Below, in pieces: positions 26,671 through 36,373 of a DNA stretch of 47,040 bases. The DNA comes from a virus (lineage: Duplodnaviria > Caudoviricetes). Made by a program: the position numbers and the translations under genes. The stretch lies in IMG/VR virus record IMGVR_UViG_3300031228_000010, positions 1 through 47,040 of that record, one strand, 5' to 3'. Below the pieces are notes generated by a model. That model had not been told where the DNA came from, searched no databases, and saw only the letters and a program-made list of their open reading frames with translations. Every line of letters starts with the position of its first letter. Position 1 is the stretch's first letter.

Positions 26671-29069
26671 GGAGTGGCCGGGTCGAAACCGTGTGGGTGG
26701 AGCGATACGGCTGCCACCTCGTCGCCGACGCGGCTATCGGTGCGTCCGTGCTGTCGGTGTCGCTGACTGCCGACCTCGAGGAGACTGGCGGCCAGCTCCA
26801 GGTCGTAGAGACGGACGCGATCCTCGACTACACCACGATCGACCCCGATGCGGAGACCGTTACCCTCGCTGCCACTCTCGCTGCCGCGTTGTCCGATGGG
26901 GACACGCTGCGGGTGTATCCGCTCTCCGATGACCTGTTCGCCTCCGTGAGGCTCGACGATGCGGCCGACGATGAGGAGCCGATCGAGGCTCGGGTGTCGC
27001 AGTCGCTGCGAACGGTGCTCGCCGAGGGCGTGCGCGACGGCGAGCGTGAAGCAGTGTGGGCGGAAGACACCGGTACCGAGTGGGTGGTGCGGGATGTTGT
27101 CGGCACGGCCCCGGTTATCGACGGCAGCTACCTCGACCCGGACACTGTGCCGCCGCCGCGGGACGGCCTCCCCCCGGATTCGTCCCCGACCCCGACGATC
27201 ACGGGCGGCATCGGCTCCCTATTCGTGAAGTGGGACGGCGTCGAGAACAACGACCCCGTGGTGTACGAGGTGCACCTCAGCGACACCACCGGCTTCACCC
27301 CGTCCGGCGCAACGTTGGCGACAGAAACGAACGGCACGCTGGTGGCGCTGCGGTCGCTGCCCGGCGGCGGTTCTCTCGCCGTGGGCACCACCTACTACGC
27401 GGTGATCATCGCCCGGGATCTTGACGGTTCCGCCGCTGCGTCAGCCGAGGCGTCCGGTCAGCTGGGGCAGGTCAACAGTCCGGACATCGCGACGGAGTCG
27501 GTGATCACCGACAAGCTGGGCGCGAACTCGGTGACGGCCGAGAAGCTGGACGTCATTGAGCTGACCGCCACCAAGTTCTACTCCCCGGCGCAGACGGGTT
27601 GGCGCGCGGAGATCGGGGACGCAAGCAAGCCGATCCAGTACTGGAACGGTGAGGACTCGGGCTTCTATCTGGATCACGACCCGGTGTCGAATCGCGCGAA
27701 TGTCACCGTGTCCGGCAGGGTCACGTTCGGGAACTCCGTACTTGAGGACGACATGGCGGAGTTCCGCGCGCAGTCCCCCGGGTTTCAGGAACCCAACCGG
27801 AGACAGGGCGCGCAGAAGAACTTCTTCAACTCTGGCACCTCGCACACGATCGCATGGCCGTCGGCCACGGCGAAGGGGAACCTCTTACTCGCTATCGTCA
27901 CGGTGAAGGCCACATCAGGCGGTTCACCGCCGACAATCACAGCGTCAGGGTGGACCTTGGTGGCCACCTCTACCAGGGGGGCGCTGCGAACGTCGCTGTA
28001 TTCGATCAGCAACGCGGCTGTGCGAAGCGGTAACGAGACGTTCACGACCAACATCAGCGCCTGGCGGGCTCTGCACTTGGAGGAGTACTCCGGCATCGCC
28101 ATGACGTCTCCGCTTGACCAAACCGCGACTACGAACTTGGAGTCGGCTTTGGTCAGCAGCGGTACAACCGCTACGACCACGCAGGCCGATGAGCTGTGGT
28201 TCGCCGTGCACGCTCTCGACTTGGCTGGCGGCGATTGGGTTAGCTTTTTCGACCCTGACAACTCGTTCTCTCACCTGGACACTGCCTTCGGCATGGACTC
28301 GTTCGCGGACGTGTATCACACCTCGGCCCTCATATCGGCGCGTAACGTCACCGCTACAGGTGCCGCGACAACGGCTAGGACGCTGGGAGCCTCCAGGAAC
28401 TGGGCCGGGCTGGTCGCGACATTCAAGGCTGCCACTGGCACCGGGGATCCGAACCCGCCGAGCACCACCGCCGCACGACTGTACGCCAAGGCTCGTGACT
28501 CGGGATTCGTTGAGCTGCACTCGGTTGACGAATTGGGCCGCCAGACCAGGCTGGGCTCCGGCTGGAACCTCCTCGATCAGGGGGCCATCCCGGCGGGGGG
28601 CATGTCGCTGACCAATATCCCTGCGTGGTATCAGGATCTGAAGCTGCTGATCAAGGGCTACGTCGCGGGCGACACCGGGCCCAACGCCCGGGACATCGTC
28701 GTCAACTTCAATGGCGATTCCGGCGCTGGGAACTACGCCTGGTTCAACAAGCGGTGGTTGGACGATGGCACGAACTCGCAAGGTTCGAGCGGTTCGTCCT
28801 CCGTGATGGACATGGGCGTACTCGGCATCAACAACTCCAATGTGGAGCTGACCTTCTTCGGCTACACGCGAAACCTCGCCGTGGTCTGTCTTGGCGTGGG
28901 CGCGTTCCGTAGCACCCCGCGCCTGGGTGTTTCGCAGGCGTTCGGCCACTGGGCCAACCCCTCGTCCGCGCCAGTGACGTCGATCCAGGTCGGACTGCCG
29001 AGCACGTGGCAGTTCGGCACCGGCTCGATCTACGAGCTGTACGGGCTCGGAATCAAGCCCTCGGTATAG
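26667..29069 (+). CDS. tail fibre / receptor-binding protein
   Basis: FN3-like region, SVITDKLGANSVTAEKL repeat, Ser/Thr-rich beta domains, C-terminal GS.YELYG. Confidence 0.75.
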   Translation: MRSGRVETVWVERYGCHLVADAAIGASVLSVSLTADLEETGGQLQVVETDAILDYTTIDPDAETVTLAATLAAALSDGDTLRVYPLSDDLFASVRLDDAADDEEPIEARVSQSLRTVLAEGVRDGEREAVWAEDTGTEWVVRDVVGTAPVIDGSYLDPDTVPPPRDGLPPDSSPTPTITGGIGSLFVKWDGVENNDPVVYEVHLSDTTGFTPSGATLATETNGTLVALRSLPGGGSLAVGTTYYAVIIARDLDGSAAASAEASGQLGQVNSPDIATESVITDKLGANSVTAEKLDVIELTATKFYSPAQTGWRAEIGDASKPIQYWNGEDSGFYLDHDPVSNRANVTVSGRVTFGNSVLEDDMAEFRAQSPGFQEPNRRQGAQKNFFNSGTSHTIAWPSATAKGNLLLAIVTVKATSGGSPPTITASGWTLVATSTRGALRTSLYSISNAAVRSGNETFTTNISAWRALHLEEYSGIAMTSPLDQTATTNLESALVSSGTTATTTQADELWFAVHALDLAGGDWVSFFDPDNSFSHLDTAFGMDSFADVYHTSALISARNVTATGAATTARTLGASRNWAGLVATFKAATGTGDPNPPSTTAARLYAKARDSGFVELHSVDELGRQTRLGSGWNLLDQGAIPAGGMSLTNIPAWYQDLKLLIKGYVAGDTGPNARDIVVNFNGDSGAGNYAWFNKRWLDDGTNSQGSSGSSSVMDMGVLGINNSNVELTFFGYTRNLAVVCLGVGAFRSTPRLGVSQAFGHWANPSSAPVTSIQVGLPSTWQFGTGSIYELYGLGIKPSV

Positions 29070-29078
29070 GGAGGTTCG

Positions 29079-29249
29079 ATGTCTCAGCCTCGCACGATGG
29101 AGGAACGCGTCGCCACACTGGAAGCGGAGCTTGCAAAGCTCCGACCCACGCAGGTGCCCGCCGAGTCGCCGCGCGACCCGTCCACCCTGCCGGTGATCGA
29201 CGTGGCGAAGCGCATGGAGGGCCAGCCCATGCGCGAGTCGGAGCGGTGA
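29079..29249 (+). CDS. small coiled-coil protein, 56 aa
   Basis: GGAGG RBS; MEERVATLEAELAKL; below the ORF-track cutoff. Confidence 0.6.
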   Translation: MSQPRTMEERVATLEAELAKLRPTQVPAESPRDPSTLPVIDVAKRMEGQPMRESER

Positions 29250-29324
29250 CCGGTGTCCAGCTGGGGAGTCGCGCCGACGAGGGGGCCGGTCGGATGCGAT
29301 GGCTGACGTGGCTGGGGGTGCGCG

Positions 29325-29627
29325 ATGGATCTAGGCCCCGTAGGTGTGCTTGCGGGTTTGATCGTGCTCGCCCAGACGATCATCGCTGCGATTTTTGTGT
29401 CCAAGCATCGACTCTACGTCGCCGCCTATCGCTGGCGTCGTCGGATGGAGCCGATCCATTTGGACCTGCTGGATTGGGCGTTCGAGGTGCAGACGTGGGC
29501 GGCGAAGCGCGGGCAGCGCGACCAGTTGCCGCCGCTGCCGGACTCATTGGCGGCGGAGTGGGACGACGAGGCCCTGCCCGAGCTTTCGGATCTGCGACGG
29601 CTGGGGAGGCGTAGGGGTAATGGTTGA
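29325..29627 (+). CDS. membrane protein of the lysis region
   Basis: N-terminal TM helix; ...LPPLP. Confidence 0.65.
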   Translation: MDLGPVGVLAGLIVLAQTIIAAIFVSKHRLYVAAYRWRRRMEPIHLDLLDWAFEVQTWAAKRGQRDQLPPLPDSLAAEWDDEALPELSDLRRLGRRRGNG

Positions 29628-30330
29628 GCGGCTGGCGCGCGTCTCGACGGCGGTGGTGGCGGTTGTGCTGCTGGGCCTGCTCGGCATCGGGGTCTGGACG
29701 GTGTTCGCGCTCGATGGGTTGCGGACGTCGGAGAGCTTGGACGAGCTGGAGGCGTTGTCGGGCACGCAGTCGGATCGGATCTTGACGTTGTGCGCGCAGG
29801 ACACGCAGGTGGCTAGCGCGCTGCATGAGGCTGGCGTGTGCCGCTCTTCGCACGAGGTGAAGCAGTCGATCATCGCTGGCCCCGAGGGCCCGATGGGTCC
29901 GGCGGGCGAGCCGGGTTTGACGGGTCCCCGTGGCCCCGCTGGTCCGCCGGGTCCGGCTGGCCCTCCGGGCGCGGATGGGCGTCGGGGTCCGGTTGGCCCG
30001 CAGGGTTCGCAGGGTGAATCCGGCCTGCCGGGGGAACCTGGGCCGCCGGGGGAGGCCGGGGAGCCGGGCGACTCTGGCCCGCAGGGTGAGCTGGGCGAGA
30101 CCGGGCCGCAAGGTCCCCAGGGTGAAACCGGTCCCGCTGGTCCGCAAGGCCCTGCCGGGCCGCAGGGGGAGCAGGGGCCGCGCGGCGAGCAAGGACCCCA
30201 GGGCTCGGCGGGCTACCCCGAGTCGTTCACGTTCACCGACCCGGATAGCGGGGTCACCTACACCTGCACCGATAAGACACCCAACGACGATCAGCACCAC
30301 TACACCTGTACACCCCAGGAGACGACATGA
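29620..30330 (+). CDS. membrane-anchored collagen-like protein
   Basis: TM helix, Cys pair, long Gly-X-Y run (about 29878-30219), C-terminal Cys pair. Confidence 0.85.
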   Translation: MVERLARVSTAVVAVVLLGLLGIGVWTVFALDGLRTSESLDELEALSGTQSDRILTLCAQDTQVASALHEAGVCRSSHEVKQSIIAGPEGPMGPAGEPGLTGPRGPAGPPGPAGPPGADGRRGPVGPQGSQGESGLPGEPGPPGEAGEPGDSGPQGELGETGPQGPQGETGPAGPQGPAGPQGEQGPRGEQGPQGSAGYPESFTFTDPDSGVTYTCTDKTPNDDQHHYTCTPQETT

Positions 30331-31220
30331 CCGCGCCGCCGTCACCCGAGTACATTCCGGCCAAGTACCAGGGCGGCCGCCAGGACGTGATCGAGCGCGT
30401 CGTCATCCACGGCACCGTGTCGCGCACCTACTGCGGCGGCGCTCGAGCCGTGGCCAACTACTTCCAGAACCCCACCTACGTTTCCTCCGCGCACTACGTG
30501 GTCGATCCGTGCGAGGAGTATCAGTGCGTCTACGACCACACGATCGCGTGGCACGACGGCACCAACACCAACTCCATCGGCGTCGAGCTGTGCGACCCGG
30601 TGGAAGGGCTGCTGTCCCGCTGGGACGACGAGGATCACCAGCTCATGCTCGCCCGCGCGGCGGCGCTGGTGCGCCAGCTCTGCCTGGCCTACGACATTCC
30701 GATGCGGTATCTGACGATCGCGCAGATCCGCGCCGGCGAGAAGGGCATCTGCGGTCACAACGACATGCGGATCGCCTTTCCTGGCAGCACATCGCATTGG
30801 GATCCCGGGGCGTTCCCGTGGGACCGCTTCATCTCGCTCGTCAACGAGGAGGACGACATGCCACTGTCCAAGGAGGACGTCGAGCGGGTCGCTAAGGCGA
30901 CCGCGACGGAGCTGCTGAACCGGGACTCGGTTCCCAGCCCGTACAACGACCCGACGAACAAGAAGCTGAAGGTGCTGTACGCGCTGGGCGATGCCGTCAA
31001 GCACGCGTGGCGTGGCCGTCAGGCTTCGGAGCGGGTGGAGCGTGCCGTCGCCGCGCAGGCCGGGCGGATCGCCGCGCTGCTCGAGGTCGTGCGCCAGATC
31101 GACATGGATCAGGTCGACCTCGTCGCGGTCGAAGCGGCGGCGAGGAAGGGCACCATGGCGGCGCTCGAGTCGGGCGTCGTCGATGTGGACATCAGCATCT
31201 CAGGTAGGGAGCAGGCATGA
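30327..31220 (+). CDS. endolysin, N-acetylmuramoyl-L-alanine amidase (Amidase_2)
   Basis: VVIHGT, SAHYVVD, AWH, N.NSIGVE, GH......HWDPG..FPW. Confidence 0.93.
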   Translation: MTAPPSPEYIPAKYQGGRQDVIERVVIHGTVSRTYCGGARAVANYFQNPTYVSSAHYVVDPCEEYQCVYDHTIAWHDGTNTNSIGVELCDPVEGLLSRWDDEDHQLMLARAAALVRQLCLAYDIPMRYLTIAQIRAGEKGICGHNDMRIAFPGSTSHWDPGAFPWDRFISLVNEEDDMPLSKEDVERVAKATATELLNRDSVPSPYNDPTNKKLKVLYALGDAVKHAWRGRQASERVERAVAAQAGRIAALLEVVRQIDMDQVDLVAVEAAARKGTMAALESGVVDVDISISGREQA

Positions 31221-31399
31221 GCAAGGTAGCGAAGGCGCTCGGCGCACTACTCGGCGGCATCACCGGTGGGGCCGTCGTGGTCCTCGCCGGGTCGTTCGGG
31301 TTGGACATCACCCCGGAGTTGGGTGCGGCGGTAGCCCTGGTGCTCGGCACCGTGGGTGCGTATCTCGCGCCGAAGAACACGGACCCGAACGAGTCATGA
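31217..31399 (+). CDS. holin
   Basis: 60 aa, two TM segments, directly after endolysin. Confidence 0.7.
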   Translation: MSKVAKALGALLGGITGGAVVVLAGSFGLDITPELGAAVALVLGTVGAYLAPKNTDPNES

Positions 31400-33222
31400 G
31401 CGTCCGCGCGGTTGTGGCCGCTCTCGCTGGGGTACTTGTCGCTGGGGGAGTTGTCACGGCCGCCGTGACGCAGGAAGATGCCGCGCCCACTGTGGCTGCG
31501 GCATCGCTGGACACGTCAACGCTGCCGGTTACCCCGCCCGTGAGGGTGTGCGGTAACGCGGCGCTGCTGGACGGTCCCGCCACGCCGCCGGAGGGCGCGA
31601 TTGTCGTCCCGGCGGGGGACAACTCGAGCTGGACCGCGCCGTGGAACAACCCGACGTTCTCCACGCCGGGCGCGACCTACTGGTTCGCCCCGGGCCTTCA
31701 CCGCATCGGCGAGGACCAGTACTCGCAGATCAAGCCGGGCAAGGGTTCCACCTTCCTCGGTGCTCCGGGTGCGATCTTGGGCGGGCAGAACATCAACCGG
31801 TTCGCTTTCGGGTCGCTGCCGGACGGCACTTCGGAGAATGTCACGGTCAAGCACCTGGAAATCCGCTACTTCCCCGCGCCCGATCAGCAGGGGCTGGTGA
31901 ACAACGCCTTCGAGCCAGGCTGGACCGTGTCGAATAACTGGATTCACGACAATGGCGGGGCCAGCATCATGGGCTCCGACAATGGCCTGATCAGTGAGAA
32001 CTGCCTGGAGAACGGATCGCAGTACGCGATCAACGGGTGTTGTGATGTGGACGGCCTGTCGATCGTGCGCAACGAGATCACCGGCAACACGCCTGGCGAC
32101 GATCCCGGGTGCGGATGCTCGGGCGGCATGAAGTTCTGGGAGAACAAGAACCTGCTCCTGAAGGACAACTGGATTCACCACAACGGCGGCGCTGGCGTGT
32201 GGGCCGACCACAACAATGCGGGCCTGCTGATCGAGGGCAACCTGATCGAGCACAACGACGACGAGGGCATCTTCTACGAGCAGTCGTACAACGCCGTGAT
32301 CCGCAACAACGTGTTGCGCGACAACATGTGGGTCAAGGGCTTTAATCACCGCAACGACAACTTCCCGATGGGCGCGCTGTACATCAGCGAATCCGGCTTC
32401 GACCCGCGCGTGCCTGATCAGGTTCCCGGCCAGGTTGACTTCCGGGTCGAGAACAACCTGCTGGAGAACAACTGGGGCGGCGTGGTGCTGTGGGAGGCGG
32501 CCGACCGGTACTGCTCGTCGACGGACGGCCCGACCGGTAACTGCACCCTGGTGAATCCGGGCGTGGTCACGGCGGAGAAGTGTTCCAGCGTCTTCGGCGC
32601 GGACGGCTCCAACAAGGTTGAGCCGTACTTCCACGACTGCCGCTGGTCCGTCAGAAACGTCAACATCACGAACAACAAGTTCACGATGGACCCGACCAAG
32701 ATCCCCAACTACTCCGCCCAGGCGTCGGGTCGGACGGCCATCATCTCCAACAGCGGCGGGGCGGGTCCGAGCAGCCCGTACAAGGACATGACCGTCGGTG
32801 AGTGGATCGCGTTCGAGCAGAACAACCACTGGTCGAACAACGAGTACGTCGGGCCGTGGCAGTTCCTCACGGTGCTTCAGGGATACGCCAAGGTCAGCTG
32901 GGACGACTGGACCGGCGGCAACGTCCTGGTCGACTGGCGCGACGGCCGCAAGCGGTGGTTCGAGCAGGACCAAGGCTCAACACTCAACGCGCAGCCCGCG
33001 CCGACCACGACCGTGCCGCCACCAACTACGACCTCAGGCACCACGGTGGCCCCGCCAACGACCACCACGACCAACACGACGTCGGGCACCGTGCCGCCGC
33101 CGACCTCGACGCTGCCGCCGACCACCACGACCGTGACGCCCGTCCCGGCGGTGCGCCTCGTGTGCCCCGTGGTCAAGGACCCCGTCGCCACGCAAAAGAT
33201 CACCTGCACGTTCAGGAAGTAG
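31396..33222 (+). CDS. secreted right-handed parallel beta-helix protein (pectate-lyase-like fold)
   Basis: Signal peptide; Asn-ladder repeats (NNWIHDN, DNWIHHN, GNLIEHN, NNVLRDN, NNLLENN); Pro/Thr linker. Confidence 0.85.
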   Translation: MSVRAVVAALAGVLVAGGVVTAAVTQEDAAPTVAAASLDTSTLPVTPPVRVCGNAALLDGPATPPEGAIVVPAGDNSSWTAPWNNPTFSTPGATYWFAPGLHRIGEDQYSQIKPGKGSTFLGAPGAILGGQNINRFAFGSLPDGTSENVTVKHLEIRYFPAPDQQGLVNNAFEPGWTVSNNWIHDNGGASIMGSDNGLISENCLENGSQYAINGCCDVDGLSIVRNEITGNTPGDDPGCGCSGGMKFWENKNLLLKDNWIHHNGGAGVWADHNNAGLLIEGNLIEHNDDEGIFYEQSYNAVIRNNVLRDNMWVKGFNHRNDNFPMGALYISESGFDPRVPDQVPGQVDFRVENNLLENNWGGVVLWEAADRYCSSTDGPTGNCTLVNPGVVTAEKCSSVFGADGSNKVEPYFHDCRWSVRNVNITNNKFTMDPTKIPNYSAQASGRTAIISNSGGAGPSSPYKDMTVGEWIAFEQNNHWSNNEYVGPWQFLTVLQGYAKVSWDDWTGGNVLVDWRDGRKRWFEQDQGSTLNAQPAPTTTVPPPTTTSGTTVAPPTTTTTNTTSGTVPPPTSTLPPTTTTVTPVPAVRLVCPVVKDPVATQKITCTFRK

Positions 33223-33292
33223 GGAGACCATGGCCGATCACGATATCCAGCCGGACAGCGTTGTTCACACCGTCACCGAGGAGGACTGACCC

Positions 33293-33679
33293 ATGGCCAA
33301 GGCTGTTCCTGATGCGGTGCTGGACGCCGCGCTCGACACCATCGCGCTGGCCGACGAGCTGTATGTCACCAGCGCGGAGCCCGCGAACTATGCCGGGATC
33401 GCAGCGGTGACGCTCGTTGGCCCGGTGACGCTGACCCCCGGCAACGGCGGTGGCGACTTCACCATCGCCGACGGCGACACCTCCGGCCGCAAGGTCACGG
33501 TGGCGGCGCAGAACGGGGCGTCCGTCGTCGCGACGGGCACCGGTAACCATGTGGTGCTCGCTACGGGCGGGGCGACCGACCTGCTCCGCTATGTCACCAC
33601 CTGCGCGTCCCAGGCCTTGACGTCCGGCAACACGGCGAACGTCGGTAGCTGGAAAGTCGAACTCGCAGACCCGAGCTAA
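33293..33679 (+). CDS. putative virion structural protein (beta-rich)
   Basis: GAGGAGG RBS; Ala/Thr/Gly-rich. Confidence 0.65.
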   Translation: MAKAVPDAVLDAALDTIALADELYVTSAEPANYAGIAAVTLVGPVTLTPGNGGGDFTIADGDTSGRKVTVAAQNGASVVATGTGNHVVLATGGATDLLRYVTTCASQALTSGNTANVGSWKVELADPS

Positions 33680-33692
33680 GAGGGGGACCATC

Positions 33693-33995
33693 ATGGCTGT
33701 TGGCTATCCGAAGAACAAGGACTCGATTGACGGCATCGTCGGCGATCTGGCGGTGTCGATCAACCGGTCGTTCCGCCGGGCTGTCCAGTTCAAAACCGAG
33801 CTGGATGCCTACACGGACGCGCAGCTGACGGGCACCTTCATCGGCTATTCGATCGGGGAGAAGGACGCGCTGCGGGCCTTCGCCGCCGATGCCGTGCAAC
33901 TCAACGGCATCTACACCGGGGCCAGCGGCCTGGCGTCAGCGAAGGATTTCCGCGCCAGCCTGCGCCCCATGTGGGGCGTCCTCGGGGACTTCTGA
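33693..33995 (+). CDS. hypothetical protein
   Basis: GAGGGGG RBS; ORF track. Confidence 0.65.
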   Translation: MAVGYPKNKDSIDGIVGDLAVSINRSFRRAVQFKTELDAYTDAQLTGTFIGYSIGEKDALRAFAADAVQLNGIYTGASGLASAKDFRASLRPMWGVLGDF

Positions 33996-34004
33996 GGCTG
34001 ACCG

Positions 34005-35330
34005 GTGGCCGTCGCATATCGGTCTAGCTCCACCTCGGGCAGCGGCGACAGCTTCTCCTCGACGACCACGACTCCGGTTCCTGCGGGCTCGGCGGCGGGG
34101 GACATCGCACTGCTCGCGATCGAGCAGTGGGACCCGTCCGTCAACCCCACCATCACGTGGCCGACCGGGTTCACCCAGATCGTGGCCGCAGTTGATGGTG
34201 CCGAAAAGCTCAAGATCGCGTGGAAGCGGCTGGCTGGTGCCGACACCGGGAACTACATCGCCACGCATTCCAGCACGATCTGGAACCTCGGGCACTGCAT
34301 CCTGATCACTGGTGGACTCGCCGTTGGCGACCCGATCGAGGCCACCAACACCAACTCGTCCGCCGGTGCCTCCTACCCCAGCACCACGGTCACCACCGTC
34401 ACCGAGCCGTTCCTGGCGCACATTCTCGCCAGGACGAGCAGCAGCACCACAACCCCGCCGACCGGGTACACCGAGGTGCAAGACACGGCGGTGCTCTCCA
34501 CCGAGTACCGCATCCCCGCCGCCACGGGTGTGCAGACCGCGTCCGGCGGCACCATCTCGGCGGGCATGGTCAAGATCGCGGCGCTGGTCGCGGTCAAGCC
34601 CGCGGCGGCGTCCGGCACGGACGTCACCCCCGCCGACGCGGCACACGGCCACACAGCCGACCAGCCGACGATCACCCAGACCCACGTCCTGACGACGGCC
34701 GACGCCGCCCACCCGCACACGGCGGACGCGCCGGCGCTGACCCAAGTGCACGTGCTCGCCGTGGACAGCGCCAGCCACGGCCACGCCGCCGAGTCGCCCA
34801 CGGTCGACCAGTCGCACGTGGTCACACCCGACGACGCCGGCCATGCACACACGGCGGGGCAGCCCACGGTGTCCCAGGTGCACGCCCTGACGGTGGACGA
34901 CGCCAGCCATGCTCACGTGGCCGCCCAGCCCGCACTGACCTCCGAGGGTGACCTAGCCCCTGCCGACGCTCTCCATGGGCACACCGCAGACCAGCCGAGC
35001 ATCACCCAAGCGCACGTGATCACACCGGCGGACGCGGCGCATGCCCACGCGGCGGGCTCGCCGACCGTGGTGGAACCCGAAGCCGTCCTCGTCAACCTCG
35101 ACTTCGTCGCCCTCGCCCCCGTGTTCGCTCACGGTGCGGTGACGGTGGAGACGATCACCAGGACCGCCGTCGACCCGGTGATGGTGACCCGCGCGGCGCT
35201 CACCCCCGAGACGGTCGACCGGACCGCCGGTGAGCCCGCGCTCGGCCACGGCGACGTGGACACCCAGCTTGGCCACGGCGACGTGGACACCCGACTCGGC
35301 CACGGTGCGGCCGGAGAACCCCAGACCTAG
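34005..35330 (+). CDS. putative fibre-like protein with His-rich 22-aa repeats
   Basis: N-terminal beta domain (P.G..AGD...L...W...PTGFT), then about 7 x DAxHxHxAxxP repeats. Confidence 0.75.
   Translation: MAVAYRSSSTSGSGDSFSSTTTTPVPAGSAAGDIALLAIEQWDPSVNPTITWPTGFTQIVAAVDGAEKLKIAWKRLAGADTGNYIATHSSTIWNLGHCILITGGLAVGDPIEATNTNSSAGASYPSTTVTTVTEPFLAHILARTSSSTTTPPTGYTEVQDTAVLSTEYRIPAATGVQTASGGTISAGMVKIAALVAVKPAAASGTDVTPADAAHGHTADQPTITQTHVLTTADAAHPHTADAPALTQVHVLAVDSASHGHAAESPTVDQSHVVTPDDAGHAHTAGQPTVSQVHALTVDDASHAHVAAQPALTSEGDLAPADALHGHTADQPSITQAHVITPADAAHAHAAGSPTVVEPEAVLVNLDFVALAPVFAHGAVTVETITRTAVDPVMVTRAALTPETVDRTAGEPALGHGDVDTQLGHGDVDTRLGHGAAGEPQT
34620..35070 (+). repeat. about 7 copies of a 66-bp coding repeat
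   Basis: (V/L)xxxDAxHxHxAxxPxxxQxH periodicity. Confidence 0.85.
35241..35306 (+). repeat. 27-bp tandem coding repeat
   Basis: LGHGDVDT(Q/R) twice plus LGHG. Confidence 0.85.
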
Positions 35331-35338
35331 GAGGAGCC

Positions 35339-35692
35339 GTGGTTTCGAAACCGACGCTGAGCAGGGAATACATATATGTGCCCCTGGCGGACCTGAATTT
35401 CACGGTCGCGGACCTCGATCTGCATCGGGTCGCGTTCACCAATGCCGGGGTAGAGCCGCTGGACGGCGACTGGAACGTCGCCACGGTAATCGACTCGGCT
35501 CACGCGCGGTACCAAGCATCCATCGGTGAGGCCATCGAGATTATGGTCGGCCCCGACCGGGGCGACGCAGTGACGACGTTCGACCTCGCCGCCCAGGACT
35601 GGCAGGTGTGGATCGAAGCCAGCACCGCGACCAGCGACGAACGCGTCGTGCGGGTCGCGGGCACTCTCACCGTCTCCGCGACGGGGGCGTGA
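35339..35692 (+). CDS. hypothetical beta-sandwich protein
   Basis: AGGAGGAG RBS; SREYIYV...WQVWI...E.VVR.AG.L.V. Confidence 0.65.
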   Translation: MVSKPTLSREYIYVPLADLNFTVADLDLHRVAFTNAGVEPLDGDWNVATVIDSAHARYQASIGEAIEIMVGPDRGDAVTTFDLAAQDWQVWIEASTATSDERVVRVAGTLTVSATGA

Positions 35693-35694
35693 CC

Positions 35695-35934
35695 ATGCAG
35701 CAGAAGGTCAGCCCCGGCGCGTGGATCTCGGTCCTGCTGCCCGTGGATAGCTTCCCCGTCCACATGTCAATCGGTGACAGCCCCCCCGAGCCCGCGTTCA
35801 TCGACCACGTCAAGGCCCGTGGCACGGTGCAGACGTGGGCCAAGAGACGCTGCCCCAACCTGCGGCCCGGCCGGTACACCGTCTATGCCCACGCGGGCGG
35901 CACGCTCACGGAGTCCAGCATCACTGTGGTGTAG
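35695..35934 (+). CDS. hypothetical protein
   Basis: PGRYTVY Ig-like ending; last gene before terminator. Confidence 0.5.
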   Translation: MQQKVSPGAWISVLLPVDSFPVHMSIGDSPPEPAFIDHVKARGTVQTWAKRRCPNLRPGRYTVYAHAGGTLTESSITVV

Positions 35935-36017
35935 CTGGCCCCTGTCCCGCACACTGCCCGCCGCGTAGTCTCCCTGCCGGAGCCTGGCCCCTATCGGGTT
36001 CCGCCTCGCAACATGCA

Positions 36018-36056
36018 GCCCCGTCCTTCCCCACCCCGGGAAGGGCGGGGCGTTTT
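36018..36056 (+). terminator. intrinsic terminator ending the late operon
   Basis: GCCCCGTCCTTCCC-6 nt-GGGAAGGGCGGGGC then GTTTT. Confidence 0.8.
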
Positions 36057-36119
36057 CGTGTGCCCAGGGGAACCGGGCGGCCGGGGGGATGTGGAGTCGC
36101 GCACCCGGCCAGCCCGGAG

Positions 36120-36302
36120 TCACATGTCGCGATCGGCCACCGTGCGCGAGCCTGGGCAGGGCTCCACCTGAGGCTCGCCGCTGCGGTCTGGTCGCTCCAG
36201 CGGACGCCCGTGGGCGAGGAGCACGCCGCCACGGGTGGTGACATCCCTGCCGCAGTGGATGCAGCGGGCCCTGCCTGGGGTCTCGGTCGCTTCGCGGCTC
36301 AT
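36120..36302 (-). CDS. small zinc-binding protein next to attP
   Basis: MSREATETPGRARCIHCGR...H...CPGS; start uncertain, no clear RBS. Confidence 0.5.
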   Translation of the reverse strand: MSREATETPGRARCIHCGRDVTTRGGVLLAHGRPLERPDRSGEPQVEPCPGSRTVADRDM

Positions 36303-36373
36303 GGGAGGGGAGGTTACTACGGGCGATGATCGACTGCCATAAACGGCCATCCCCGTGTAGATCAACGAGGAGT

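Noticed and set aside
29878-30219. Dense short repeats as a possible array
   Set aside because: Gly-X-Y collagen codons, not CRISPR or a non-coding array
31516-32973. 485-aa minus-strand ORF
   Set aside because: Antisense shadow of the beta-helix gene
34620-35070. 66-bp periodicity resembling CRISPR spacing
   Set aside because: In-frame degenerate protein repeat; no constant repeat with unique spacers; no cas genes
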